In this document: one piece after another, positions 1 to 9,600 of the stretch
Position numbering within the stretch: position 1 is the stretch's first letter
How the letters are laid out: the number at the start of each line of letters is the position of its first letter
Source: Leptospiraceae bacterium
GTDB lineage: Bacteria > Spirochaetota > Leptospiria > Leptospirales > Leptospiraceae
Assembly: GCA_015075105.1 (NCBI GenBank)
Contig: JABTUZ010000002.1
Location: 784,313-848,312, forward strand
DNA: 64,000 nucleotides
Direction of reading: 5' to 3'
Notes under the pieces: generated by a model
What the model saw: the letters and a program-made list of their open reading frames with translations, nothing else
Told to the model about the DNA's origin: nothing
Databases searched by the model: none
Made by a program: the position numbers and the translations under genes

Positions 1-32
1 CTAAAAAATAAAGAAATTGTATTTTTACTTTT

Positions 33-818
33 CTATACTTCATCGAGTATTTTCCAAATATCGTTTGAGCTATTCTTTATATCATTTATTCCCTTTTCAA
101 TTAAAATCTTTTCAGTTAATAATTTTAGAGAAACTACATCGGCTGCACAGTATCTGATTAATCTGTTTTTTGATATTTCATCTCCATACCGATTCCAGTT
201 GTCCCACAAAATAACTGCTTCAAACCCATCTACTCCTTTTAAGTCGTAAGGTCTCTGAATCCCGATTTTATATTCTATCGACTTCAGTCCTCCTTTGTAA
301 CCTAAGTGATAACACACCCAACGAAGATCAACATGAGGACAGGAAATTTCTCCTATTCTAAAAAAATTCTGAATCACGGGTAAATCGAAAGAGCTGCCGT
401 TGAAAGTTGACAACAATTGTATTTTCGGTAATAGCTCTAAAAATTCGTCTAAGTTTTCATTTCTCAAAAATCTATAAAGTTTTCCTTCGTGTAAGCAAAC
501 AATCAATGAAATCCCTGAATTTGAATCCAAGCCTTCTGTCTCTATGTCTAAAAAAGTTATCTTATCAAAATATCTTTCTAATAGCCTCCACTTATCTTGA
601 GATAGAAGATTTTTTGCAAAAAAATAAATATCTTCTCTTTTTAAAGCCTTAGAATTTTCTTCTGCTTCAGAGATAAGTTTTTTAGAAAAATTTTTTGAAA
701 AAGGCATCTCTTCTTGTTTAGATATCACCTTCGACCAATTGTCAAACCCGGCAGATTCTAACTTTTCTAAATTTTTTTTTCCGACTCCTTTAAAATGCAA
801 AAATGCTTTATCTATCAT
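33..818 (-). CDS. RNase H-fold 3'-5' exonuclease, YprB/MrfB-like, with N-terminal helix-hairpin-helix
   Basis: 261-aa ORF; 'FLDIETEGLD' exonuclease motif; N-terminal 'GVGKKNLEKLESAGF' HhH-like segment; its start abuts the stop of the upstream helicase ORF (818/819), suggesting an operon. Confidence 0.6.
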   Translation of the reverse strand: MIDKAFLHFKGVGKKNLEKLESAGFDNWSKVISKQEEMPFSKNFSKKLISEAEENSKALKREDIYFFAKNLLSQDKWRLLERYFDKITFLDIETEGLDSNSGISLIVCLHEGKLYRFLRNENLDEFLELLPKIQLLSTFNGSSFDLPVIQNFFRIGEISCPHVDLRWVCYHLGYKGGLKSIEYKIGIQRPYDLKGVDGFEAVILWDNWNRYGDEISKNRLIRYCAADVVSLKLLTEKILIEKGINDIKNSSNDIWKILDEV

Positions 819-3275
819 TTAGTGTACTTTTTCTCTTTTACGAATCAGTGAATTGGCAGCTCTTTCCAATCGGTTTTCTGATTTTTTTCTATTTTCGTAA
901 TCTTCGTTGTATTGACTGTAGTTGTGAGATATTGAATACACTTTCTTTTTAATTTTTGGAATATAGATTTCATTTTTTAGAATGGAAAGAATGATGCTTT
1001 TTGTGCATTCTATGGCTGCATTTGTTTCAGTCAAAAAGTCTTCTGTTTCTCTATCACTAATTCCAGGGGGAAGTGGTGGAACACAAGAAGGGCACCCCGA
1101 GTCGCATTCACACTCTTCTAAGATTGTATAACACAAATTCATTGCATCGATTATTTTTTCGTAAATTTTTTCTGAGTACCCTGCGCCCCCTTCTTGCGCA
1201 TCATACACAAATATAGAGGTTCTGAATTGTGCGTTAGGCGAAGCTGGTAGCCCTACATCGGTTTCAATATCTCTCGAATCTGCCATACACAAAACAGGAG
1301 AAATCCTCTTTAGTATATAGCTCAAACCAAAAAGAGCCGAGTCAATGTACCTTCTGTCTGTCACATTCATTTTTTCTACCCAGTTCATAGAAGGGGTGAG
1401 TGTAAAACCCGTAGTCTCGTAATCAAAAGAATCGAGAGTGATCGGTCCATACCCTATATTCTCGTGAGTTTTTTCTTTAATTTTTTTGTATAGTTTGGGT
1501 TGCTTTTTTACTTCTATATAGCCAAATTTTAATTCACTTTCGTTTAAAACTTTTGATTCATCTTCGTCTATCATCTGAATCATGTTTTCCCAAACTGCCT
1601 CGGTAAAATAATCAACCTCTGTCCATTCTACCTTGCAAAGTTTTTTCTCTAAATCCAAATCCAAAGACATATATTTTTTTCCAAGGTGTTGATAGATCGC
1701 ATCTTTGTATAAGGCACCCCTCGCACCTATTGGATCGATCTCTCCTATTACTTCAGTCCCACAGTATATGTCTATATTGTAATCTGTCATCCCTCTTAGG
1801 TTAACCCCTCTTGCAGGGTAATCTCCCGCAGAGTAACGAAAACTCTCTCCATAAGGAGAAAGCATTTTCTTTTTTAGCAAAGTGTCTATCGCAATAGATG
1901 CTATTTCTCCGTGAAAGTATTTGTTTTTAGAAGTCAGCGGGTATTCATAAGCAGCGCAAGGAAGGTGTTGCAATAAAATGTAAGGATTTTCCGGGTTTAA
2001 CCAAGCCTCTTCAGAAGGAGTACTTGTAATGAAATCGGGGTGATTTACGATGTATTGATCTATTGGTGTATCTTTTGCAATAAATACTATAAAAGAGTGG
2101 TTTCCTTTTCTTCCTACCCTTCCTGCTTGTTGCCAAAAACTTGCTACTGTTCCAGGGTGACCACTCAAAATACACAAAGACATGTCCCCAATATCAATTC
2201 CTAGTTCAAGTGCGTTAGTTGTAATGATAGTATTGATTTTTCCAGAAAATAGGTCTTTTTCTAATTGCCTTCTTTCGTTTGGAAGCAGTCCACCTCTATA
2301 GGGTTTAATCTTTTCCCGGAGATCTTCATTTCTATCGGTAACTGCTCTGTATAGTCTTTCTACTTCTTGTCTTCCTTTACAAAAACAAATAGTCCGAATT
2401 CCAAACTTTGTCGCATAACGCATGAGTGGGATAGAAATAGAGCCGGTTCCTTTTCTGTATAAAGTTTCTCCTTGACTTTTTACCAAAGACGGATTGATAA
2501 GAAATATTTCTCTATTAGGTCTTGGAGAGCCGTCTTTTTCTATTACTTCAAATTTTCTTTGAAACAGTAATTCTACGTGTTCTTTCGGATTTCCAATTGT
2601 CGCAGAAGAGCAAACAAAAATGGGCTTACTACCATAAATTTCACAAACCCTCAAAAGCCTTTTGAATACGTTGGATACATGTGATCCGAAAGAGCCTCTA
2701 TAGGTATGAACCTCGTCAACAACAATATATTTTAATCTGGATAAAATATTTTTCCACTTTCTATTGTGATTAGGTAAAATCCCGGAATGAAGCATATCGG
2801 GATTTGTAATTATAAAGTCTGCACTTTTTAAAATTTTTTCTCTTTCTTCTCTGGAAGTGTCCCCGTCAAAAGTGCCAATTTTTCTTGAGTCGGTTGCAGC
2901 TTGTAATAATTTTCCGAGCGTTCCTTCTTGATCACGAGATAAGGCTTTCGTAGGGTACATCATCATTACGCTAAAGGGTGGGTCTTTTTGGATATAGTCA
3001 TTTAAAATAGGCAACAAAAAAGATAAAGTTTTACCGCTTGCAGTTCTTGAAACAAGCACTGTATCTTTCTCGCGAGAAATAGAATGAAATGCTTCTTTTT
3101 GGTGAGAGTAAAGCGAGTGAAAACCTTGCTCTATTAAAACATTTTTTAACTTTTCGTTCAACTCTTTTGGAAAATCAGAAAAATCTCCATGTTCTTTATC
3201 AATCAATTTGTGAAATCGAATTTCCTTTTCAAAAAAAGTTTTGATATAGGAAGAAATTTTTCTATTATCTGACAT
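819..3275 (-). CDS. DEAD/DEAH-box helicase with C-terminal DUF1998 zinc module (YprA/MrfA-like)
   Basis: Motif I 'TASGKT', motif II 'VVDEVH', motif III 'SSAT', motif VI 'QQAGRVGRKG', C-terminal Cys cluster 'CECDSGCPSCV'. The ORF track extends to 3461, but that extension is hydrophobic junk overlapping prfB. The likely start is the ATG at 3275 (MSDNRK...) or at 3302. Confidence 0.85.
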   Translation of the reverse strand: MSDNRKISSYIKTFFEKEIRFHKLIDKEHGDFSDFPKELNEKLKNVLIEQGFHSLYSHQKEAFHSISREKDTVLVSRTASGKTLSFLLPILNDYIQKDPPFSVMMMYPTKALSRDQEGTLGKLLQAATDSRKIGTFDGDTSREEREKILKSADFIITNPDMLHSGILPNHNRKWKNILSRLKYIVVDEVHTYRGSFGSHVSNVFKRLLRVCEIYGSKPIFVCSSATIGNPKEHVELLFQRKFEVIEKDGSPRPNREIFLINPSLVKSQGETLYRKGTGSISIPLMRYATKFGIRTICFCKGRQEVERLYRAVTDRNEDLREKIKPYRGGLLPNERRQLEKDLFSGKINTIITTNALELGIDIGDMSLCILSGHPGTVASFWQQAGRVGRKGNHSFIVFIAKDTPIDQYIVNHPDFITSTPSEEAWLNPENPYILLQHLPCAAYEYPLTSKNKYFHGEIASIAIDTLLKKKMLSPYGESFRYSAGDYPARGVNLRGMTDYNIDIYCGTEVIGEIDPIGARGALYKDAIYQHLGKKYMSLDLDLEKKLCKVEWTEVDYFTEAVWENMIQMIDEDESKVLNESELKFGYIEVKKQPKLYKKIKEKTHENIGYGPITLDSFDYETTGFTLTPSMNWVEKMNVTDRRYIDSALFGLSYILKRISPVLCMADSRDIETDVGLPASPNAQFRTSIFVYDAQEGGAGYSEKIYEKIIDAMNLCYTILEECECDSGCPSCVPPLPPGISDRETEDFLTETNAAIECTKSIILSILKNEIYIPKIKKKVYSISHNYSQYNEDYENRKKSENRLERAANSLIRKREKVH

Positions 3276-3396
3276 AATCAAGATAAGAAAAGCATTTATC
3301 ATTTGTTTAGTCAAGAAAAAAGTTTCGGGGTTAGATTGAATAAGATTATGAATGACAGTGAAAATGGTTTTAAAATACTGCAAAATCAATAAGAAA

Positions 3397-4503
3397 ATGG
3401 ACTTAAAGCCGGCAAAAGAATTAAAAAAATCAACATCAGAGCTTATCGAGAGTTTTAACACTCGTTGGGAAAAATTAAATTTGCAAACTAATTATGATAG
3501 GCTTATTTCCTACAACGAACAAGTAAAAGACCCTAAGCTGTGGGACAATCCAGAAAATGCCCAAAGAATCACTAAGGAAAAAAATAGCTTAGAGAAAAAA
3601 TTGGAGCCTTGGCTAAATTTAAAAAAAGAATTATTTGATTTTCCGGATTTGATCGATTTGACTATGGAAGAGTTCGGTGAAGATGGTTTAGAAAGTTTAA
3701 ACGAAGACTATAGGAAATTATCGAAAGAGTTAGAAGAGCTTGAACTACTTGGGGCGTTAAGCGGAGAAGACGATAGAAGAGGAGCATTTTTCAATATTCA
3801 TCCGGGTGCCGGTGGAACAGAAAGCCAAGACTGGGCAGAGATGCTGCTTAGAATGTACACTCGTTACTTTGAAAAAAAGGGGTTTCACGTAGATTTAGTT
3901 GATCACCAAGAGGGAGAAGGTGCAGGTATAAAAAATGCAACTCTATTGGTGCAAGGGGAAAATGTTTTTGGTTATTTAAAAGGAGAAAATGGGATTCACA
4001 GGCTTGTTAGGATTTCACCCTTTGATTCCAATAAAAGAAGACATACATCATTTGTATCGGTGCACGTTACCCCGGAAGTGGACGACGATATAAATATTGT
4101 AATTGATGAAAAAGATCTAAGAATAGATACCTATAGGTCTTCTGGTGCAGGCGGCCAACACGTAAACAAAACTGATTCAGCAGTTCGCATGACGCATATA
4201 CCGACAGGAATAGTAGTTCAGTGTCAAAACGAGAGATCACAAATTAAAAATCGCGCAACCGCCATGAAGATGTTAAAAGCAAGACTATATGAAATGGAGC
4301 AAGAAAAAAATAAAGAAGAGCTTCAAAAGAAATCAGGAGAAAAAAAAGACATTGCATGGGGTTCCCAAATCAGAAGCTACGTATTTCATCCCTATAATTT
4401 AATCAAAGACCATAGAACAGACTACGAAACTGCAAATATTTCTCCAGTCATGGACGGAGACCTAGACCAATTTATTTTTTCTTATTTAAAATATATTTCT
4501 TAA
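3397..4503 (+). CDS. prfB: peptide chain release factor 2
   Basis: 'SPF' tripeptide (RISPFDS) and 'GGQ' ([16 protein letters not shown]); single uninterrupted frame. Start at ATG 3397 (MDLKPAKEL...) is preferred over 3352 by alignment to the usual RF2 N-terminus. Confidence 0.95.
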   Translation: MDLKPAKELKKSTSELIESFNTRWEKLNLQTNYDRLISYNEQVKDPKLWDNPENAQRITKEKNSLEKKLEPWLNLKKELFDFPDLIDLTMEEFGEDGLESLNEDYRKLSKELEELELLGALSGEDDRRGAFFNIHPGAGGTESQDWAEMLLRMYTRYFEKKGFHVDLVDHQEGEGAGIKNATLLVQGENVFGYLKGENGIHRLVRISPFDSNKRRHTSFVSVHVTPEVDDDINIVIDEKDLRIDTYRSSGAGGQHVNKTDSAVRMTHIPTGIVVQCQNERSQIKNRATAMKMLKARLYEMEQEKNKEELQKKSGEKKDIAWGSQIRSYVFHPYNLIKDHRTDYETANISPVMDGDLDQFIFSYLKYIS

Positions 4504-4985
4504 TGAACACAATTTACTCAGATTACTTAAAAGAAAAAAGATTGTACCGATATCTGAATTATTTTTTTAAAATTTTTGGCTATGGGAGCATTGCTCTATT
4601 TTTCTACCTTCTCTGGGGATTAAAATACACAGAGCCTCACTATGTTATCTTGCCCTATTTTGGTTTGTACGTAAACTTATCTACCTTAGTACTTCATAAA
4701 TATTTTGAAATTCCAAGAATTTTTTTTCTGCTCCAATCCGAAAATACTACAATTTCAGATGAATGCTATTCTGTAATTGATAAAAATAGAGAAGAAATAT
4801 TAAAGCCAGTTATCGTAGATCTATTTGGTTGGAGTAATTTGGATACATATATCTCATCCAACAAAGAAGAAATTATTTCTTTTTTAAATAATCCAAAAAG
4901 AATAGATTGGAAAAAAATAGGGAAATGGTATTTTACAAAATTTACCATCATCTCTCTATTCTCTTACTGGTTTGCTTTTTCTTAA
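4503..4985 (+). CDS. hypothetical membrane protein
   Basis: 160-aa ORF with hydrophobic helices; start overlaps the prfB stop (TAATG). Confidence 0.5.
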   Translation: MNTIYSDYLKEKRLYRYLNYFFKIFGYGSIALFFYLLWGLKYTEPHYVILPYFGLYVNLSTLVLHKYFEIPRIFFLLQSENTTISDECYSVIDKNREEILKPVIVDLFGWSNLDTYISSNKEEIISFLNNPKRIDWKKIGKWYFTKFTIISLFSYWFAFS

Positions 4986-5032
4986 AAAAACCTCTTGACT
5001 TATTCAGTTGTTTAACCTGAAATAGTTTTGTC

Positions 5033-6388
5033 TTGAGCACCCACCATAAAATAATAAATGGAGATAGTCGAGTTATGACTGAATTGCCTGACAACTCGAT
5101 GCATTTGGCTATAACTTCACCACCCTATTGGCAACTCAAGGACTACGGGACTGACAACCAAATTGGTTTTCACGACAGCTACGAAAATTACATCAACAAC
5201 CTGAATTTAGTTTGGAAGGAATGCTACCGTACTCTTCAAAACGGTTGCAGGTTGTGTGTAAACATTGGCGACCAATTCGCAAGAGCAGTTTATTACGGGC
5301 GATATAAAGTCATTCCTATTCGTGAGGAGATTATCAAATTCTGTGAGAACATCGGATTTGACTATATGGGTGCAATCATCTGGCAAAAAGTTACGACTTC
5401 CAACACCACAGGTGGTGGCGTTCAAATGGGTTCGTATCCCTATCCAAGAAATGGAATTTTGAAATTGGATTATGAATTTATTCTTGTTTTCAAAAAATTA
5501 GGCGATGCTCCCAAACCGACAAAAGAGCAAAAAGAACTTTCCAAAATGACTGCCGAAGAATGGAACACCTATTTTGCAGGGCATTGGAATTTCGCAGGAG
5601 CAAGACAAAGCGGACATATTGCAATGTTCCCGGAAGAACTTCCGAGACGACTGATAAAAATGTTTTCGTTTGTTGGAGAAACCGTTCTTGACCCATTCGC
5701 AGGAAGCGGAACAACTGCATTAGCAGCAAAAAACACAAATAGGAATTCCGTTGGCTTTGAAATCAATCCTGAATTTATTCCAATCATCAAAGAAAAGTTG
5801 GAAGTCCATCAAAAGGATTTGAACGGAACGACTTATGAGTTTGTAAAGCAACAATATATAAAGACAAACTTTGAAAGTGAGATAAAAATGCTTCCATACA
5901 TTTTTAAAGACCCTCATATCCTTGACAAAAGAATTGACATTAAGAAACTTCAATTCGGCTCTAGGATTGATAAAGACAGTTCTACGAAACGAGAAGAACT
6001 ATTCACTGTAAAAGAAGTCATTAGCCCCGAAAAAATAAAATTGAATAATGGTTTGGTAGTAAAGCTAATTGGCATAGAATCATACCCAAAAGGCTTAAAA
6101 GTTTTGGGAGAATATGTCTATCAAGAGGCAATCAAATTTATTATTGATAAAACAAATGGAAAGAAAGTATTTATGAAATTTGATACAATTAAGTATGAGA
6201 ATCACAACGAACTGTTAGCTTATTTATACTTAGAAAATAAAACTTTTATCAATGCTCACTTACTAAAAAATGGATTGGTCAAAGTTGACGAAAATCAAGA
6301 GTTTAAATATTTATCAAAATTTAAATCGCTTTATAAAGATCGTGGTGAAGTAATAAGTGATAATTTAAAAAAATACCGGTATGCTTAG
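5033..6388 (+). CDS. beta-class N4-cytosine/N6-adenine DNA methyltransferase fused to a C-terminal SNase-like (OB-fold) domain
   Basis: Motif IV 'TSPPY' precedes motif I 'DPFAGSGTT' (beta-class order). The C-terminal ~130 aa 'VVKLIGIE...GKKVFMKFD...LLAYLYLENKTFINAHLLKNGLVKV' resembles thermonuclease. TTG start at 5033, because the conserved 'IINGDS' lies before the first ATG. Confidence 0.88.
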   Translation: MSTHHKIINGDSRVMTELPDNSMHLAITSPPYWQLKDYGTDNQIGFHDSYENYINNLNLVWKECYRTLQNGCRLCVNIGDQFARAVYYGRYKVIPIREEIIKFCENIGFDYMGAIIWQKVTTSNTTGGGVQMGSYPYPRNGILKLDYEFILVFKKLGDAPKPTKEQKELSKMTAEEWNTYFAGHWNFAGARQSGHIAMFPEELPRRLIKMFSFVGETVLDPFAGSGTTALAAKNTNRNSVGFEINPEFIPIIKEKLEVHQKDLNGTTYEFVKQQYIKTNFESEIKMLPYIFKDPHILDKRIDIKKLQFGSRIDKDSSTKREELFTVKEVISPEKIKLNNGLVVKLIGIESYPKGLKVLGEYVYQEAIKFIIDKTNGKKVFMKFDTIKYENHNELLAYLYLENKTFINAHLLKNGLVKVDENQEFKYLSKFKSLYKDRGEVISDNLKKYRYA

Positions 6389-7069
6389 TATAAAATACTC
6401 AAAAGAATTCGGTAAAAAAGAGAAAGTTCTCAATTACGCAACGCAAACCTATCAACTTTCACGACCAAACAAAGTTGGGACAGTAATGGCTCTCATTCGT
6501 GAATGTCAGCCGAAAACTATTGAAGAATGGGAAAAGTGGTATTTCCAAAATGCAAATACGGACGGCAAAACACCAACAAAAATTACAAAAGAAAGTTTGA
6601 CTGAATTGGGTGAACGACTTTATGAAAAATTAAAGTAACCGTCATTCCTGAATGGACAGAAGCGTTTAATCAACTAACTTTACAAGACTGCATTGATTAC
6701 ATTCATAATCTAACAATCAACAGAACTTTTGACGGTTTTATTCGTGAAAAATCTGTTATTGAAGATAATTTGGCAAAAGAATTTCCGAACGTAAAATTTG
6801 AAGAAAGCGACCCCGAACTTGACCACGCAGGCGACATTGATTATTTGGGTTGGGTTGGCGACAAAGCGTTTGGAATACAAATCAAACCCGTAACAGCAAA
6901 AGCAAATTTCGGCAACTATTCAGCGACAGAACGAATGAAAGCAAGTTTTGCGGACTTCACTAAAAAATTCGGTGGACAAGTTTTCGTTGTTTTCAGCATT
7001 GACGACAAAATTAAAAACGAAGAAGTAGTAGGGCAGATTGTCCAAGAAATCAAACGATTGATCAAGTAA
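6381..7069 (+). pseudogene. type II restriction endonuclease (PD-(D/E)xK-like), split by a 1-nt frameshift in an A5 run
   Basis: ORFs 6381-6638 and 6770-7069 belong together. The frame of the second ORF is open back to 6626. Adding one A to the run at 6625-6629 gives a continuous ~230-aa product (...LYEKIKVTVIPEWTEAFNQ...). 'DIDY...GIQIKP' is nuclease-core-like. The ATG overlaps the methylase stop (ATGCTTAG). Confidence 0.55.
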
Positions 7070-7167
7070 GGACAAGACATAAGAACATATTATTGAACTC
7101 GGCAAAAAAAAACTTTACACTAAGGAGAGGGATGGATACACCACCCTATTAAGTAATAACTTCTTAT

Positions 7168-9312
7168 ATGTTTAAAAAAACTTTTTGGCAAATGACATGG
7201 CGGTTAGAATCTTTTACCAGCCTTATTCCTATACCTACATTTGTGTATTTTGTAATGGTTACTGGTGCATTTGTTGGACAGGAAAGAATTATAGCTGTAG
7301 CCGTGGCGGGCTTACTTGTCGGTTCAGGTACTGTTGTTTGGGGAATTTTATTTAGGTGGTTTGCCTTAAAAAAATTATTCAGTGAACTCGACCGTTTAGA
7401 GTCTGTGAATACTCCTGAAACTGCAGAACGTGAATTGTTGCGTAATAAATTTTTGATGTATCCCTACCGTGAAGGCCGAACTATTATTGCACGTTGGAGT
7501 GTTGGTATTTTAGCAGGCGCATTTGTTTATATTGTACAAATAAAAGAAATTCCATTTTATTCGATATTTGTAGAATTTTATTCTCTATTGTTTGTATTAC
7601 CTATATCTTATGTGATGTATATTTTCATGCCTGAAAGTGTAATCCGACCCATTTTGGCTTGTCCTGTATTTTCAGATTTGCCTCCAGCCGGAAAAAAAAT
7701 AAGAGAGATTAGTTATTTTTCACGGATGTTACTTGCTATAATCTCAGTAACCATTACGCCGGTTGCTATTTTTGGATTTATTTTATACGCTACCTTAGCA
7801 GGAAAAATGTCATTTAAGAATCCCGAAATTCATATTGTGTTGTTGGCGCTTGAAGGATTTGCAGCAATAATCATAGTATCGTATAGAACAGCGAAATCTG
7901 TGAAGTTTAACATTAATGATACTAATGAGATTTTGCAACAATTAGGCAAGGGCAATTTTTCTATTACCAGCAATCGTGTGACCACTGATGAGTTTGGCAG
8001 ACAATCTGAATTATTGACCGTGGTGACAAACGATCTATCCAAAATGTATAACGAAGTAAGGGAGTTAAATGAAAATCTTGAACAGAAGGTCATTGATCGC
8101 ACAGAAGAATTGAATAAAACTCTTGAAGAAGTTCGCAAACTAAAATTAGCTCAAGATGGAGATTATTTCCTTACATCTCTTATCATTAAGCCTCTTAATC
8201 GCAATTATGTTAAAAGTGAAAAATTATCAATAGAATTTTTGCAAAAACAAAAAAAGAAATTTGAATTCAAAGGAAAGCAACATGATATTGGCGGAGATAT
8301 TTGCAGTGCTTATACTATAAGACTGAGAAATAAAAATTATACCGCATTCATGAACGCGGACGCTATGGGTAAATCGATGCAAGGAGCCGGTGGTGCATTG
8401 GTTCTTGGTTCAGTCTATTTTTCAATTATAGAAAGAACTCAAGTTCTTGAATCTATAGGTCGTCTTGCACCGGAGAGATGGCTCAAAAATACTTTCTTAG
8501 AATTGCATAAAGTATTTGAGAGTTTCGATGGTTCCATGCTTATTTCTGTAGCTACGGGGCTTGTGGACGATGAAACCGGAATACTCTATTATATTAATGC
8601 GGAGCACCCTTGGACAATTTTATATCGAGATAAACAAGCAAAATTTATTGAGAATGAACTGTACTTTAGAAAATTAGGAATGTCAGCGGTTTCTGGAAAT
8701 ATTTTTATTCGAGTTTTTCAGCTTGAACCGGACGACATGCTTATTTGTGGCTCAGATGGTCGTGATGATATTCTCATACGAAATTATGACGGTAGTGTAA
8801 AAATGAATGAAGACCCTGATTTGATTTTACAAACAGTCACAGAGGCATCCGGTGAATTGAATGAGATCTATGCACTCACTTCTAAAATTGGTGAGATTAC
8901 TGATGATTTCTCGCTTTTAAAAATTTTCTACAAAGGGGCACAAGAACAAAACACAGTTGCAAACATTCATAAAGCAGAATCAGGGAAATTATACAAAGAA
9001 AAAGAATATCGTCGAGCAGCAGAAAAAGGAGAATCCTATTTTAATAAACGTCCGTCTGATACTGACTTTATGCGTTACCTTTCAAGGTGTCACCGCCTTG
9101 CAGGCAATACAGATGTTGCAATAGATTTGTGTGAAAGGCTTCGATTAAGAATACCTACAGATGTGCGTAACTTAGTTGTGCTTACGAGTTTATACATAAA
9201 TATTGGAAACAGTGCCAGAGCAGCAGAATTGGCGCAAGAAATTAAATCTCTTGACCCACAAAATCACTCATTAATAAAAATCGAAGAATTTCTGCAAAAG
9301 AAAAACAAGTAG
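7168..9312 (+). CDS. membrane-bound HAMP-domain PP2C/SpoIIE-family serine phosphatase with C-terminal TPR-like region (RsbU-like)
   Basis: Multiple N-terminal TM helices, a HAMP-like linker with coiled coil (NEVRELNENLEQKVIDRTEELN), PP2C motifs 'IGGDICSAY' and 'ICGSDGRDD'. Confidence 0.8.
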   Translation: MFKKTFWQMTWRLESFTSLIPIPTFVYFVMVTGAFVGQERIIAVAVAGLLVGSGTVVWGILFRWFALKKLFSELDRLESVNTPETAERELLRNKFLMYPYREGRTIIARWSVGILAGAFVYIVQIKEIPFYSIFVEFYSLLFVLPISYVMYIFMPESVIRPILACPVFSDLPPAGKKIREISYFSRMLLAIISVTITPVAIFGFILYATLAGKMSFKNPEIHIVLLALEGFAAIIIVSYRTAKSVKFNINDTNEILQQLGKGNFSITSNRVTTDEFGRQSELLTVVTNDLSKMYNEVRELNENLEQKVIDRTEELNKTLEEVRKLKLAQDGDYFLTSLIIKPLNRNYVKSEKLSIEFLQKQKKKFEFKGKQHDIGGDICSAYTIRLRNKNYTAFMNADAMGKSMQGAGGALVLGSVYFSIIERTQVLESIGRLAPERWLKNTFLELHKVFESFDGSMLISVATGLVDDETGILYYINAEHPWTILYRDKQAKFIENELYFRKLGMSAVSGNIFIRVFQLEPDDMLICGSDGRDDILIRNYDGSVKMNEDPDLILQTVTEASGELNEIYALTSKIGEITDDFSLLKIFYKGAQEQNTVANIHKAESGKLYKEKEYRRAAEKGESYFNKRPSDTDFMRYLSRCHRLAGNTDVAIDLCERLRLRIPTDVRNLVVLTSLYINIGNSARAAELAQEIKSLDPQNHSLIKIEEFLQKKNK

Positions 9313-9600
9313 AATAAAAAAATGAATCTAACATATAAAAAAGAAAGTGGATTGGTTCCGAAATCTCAAAAGAGTATGTTGCAATTGCAGAAGAAAGGCA
9401 TAAAAGATTATGCAGACGAGAAATGTATGCAAATGAATTTTCTGTAACCGAGTAGGAAATTCTTTTAAACCAATTTTCAAAGCTGAATTTTTCTTAAAAA
9501 AATCTTGGCTAATGTAAAGAATGCTAAATTTTTCTTCCTTGAAAAATAGTAGAAATTTCAAAATCCTGTAAAAAGGAAAGAGAATCCTCAGGAAAAATTT

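Noticed and set aside
3276-3461. N-terminal 62-codon extension of the helicase ORF given by the ORF track
   Set aside because: The extension is hydrophobic and low-complexity and runs antisense through the prfB start region. The conserved helicase core begins well after the internal ATG at 3275.
5207-5953. Several 65-82-aa ORFs on both strands inside the methyltransferase gene
   Set aside because: They are nested within a motif-supported CDS and no independent signals were seen.
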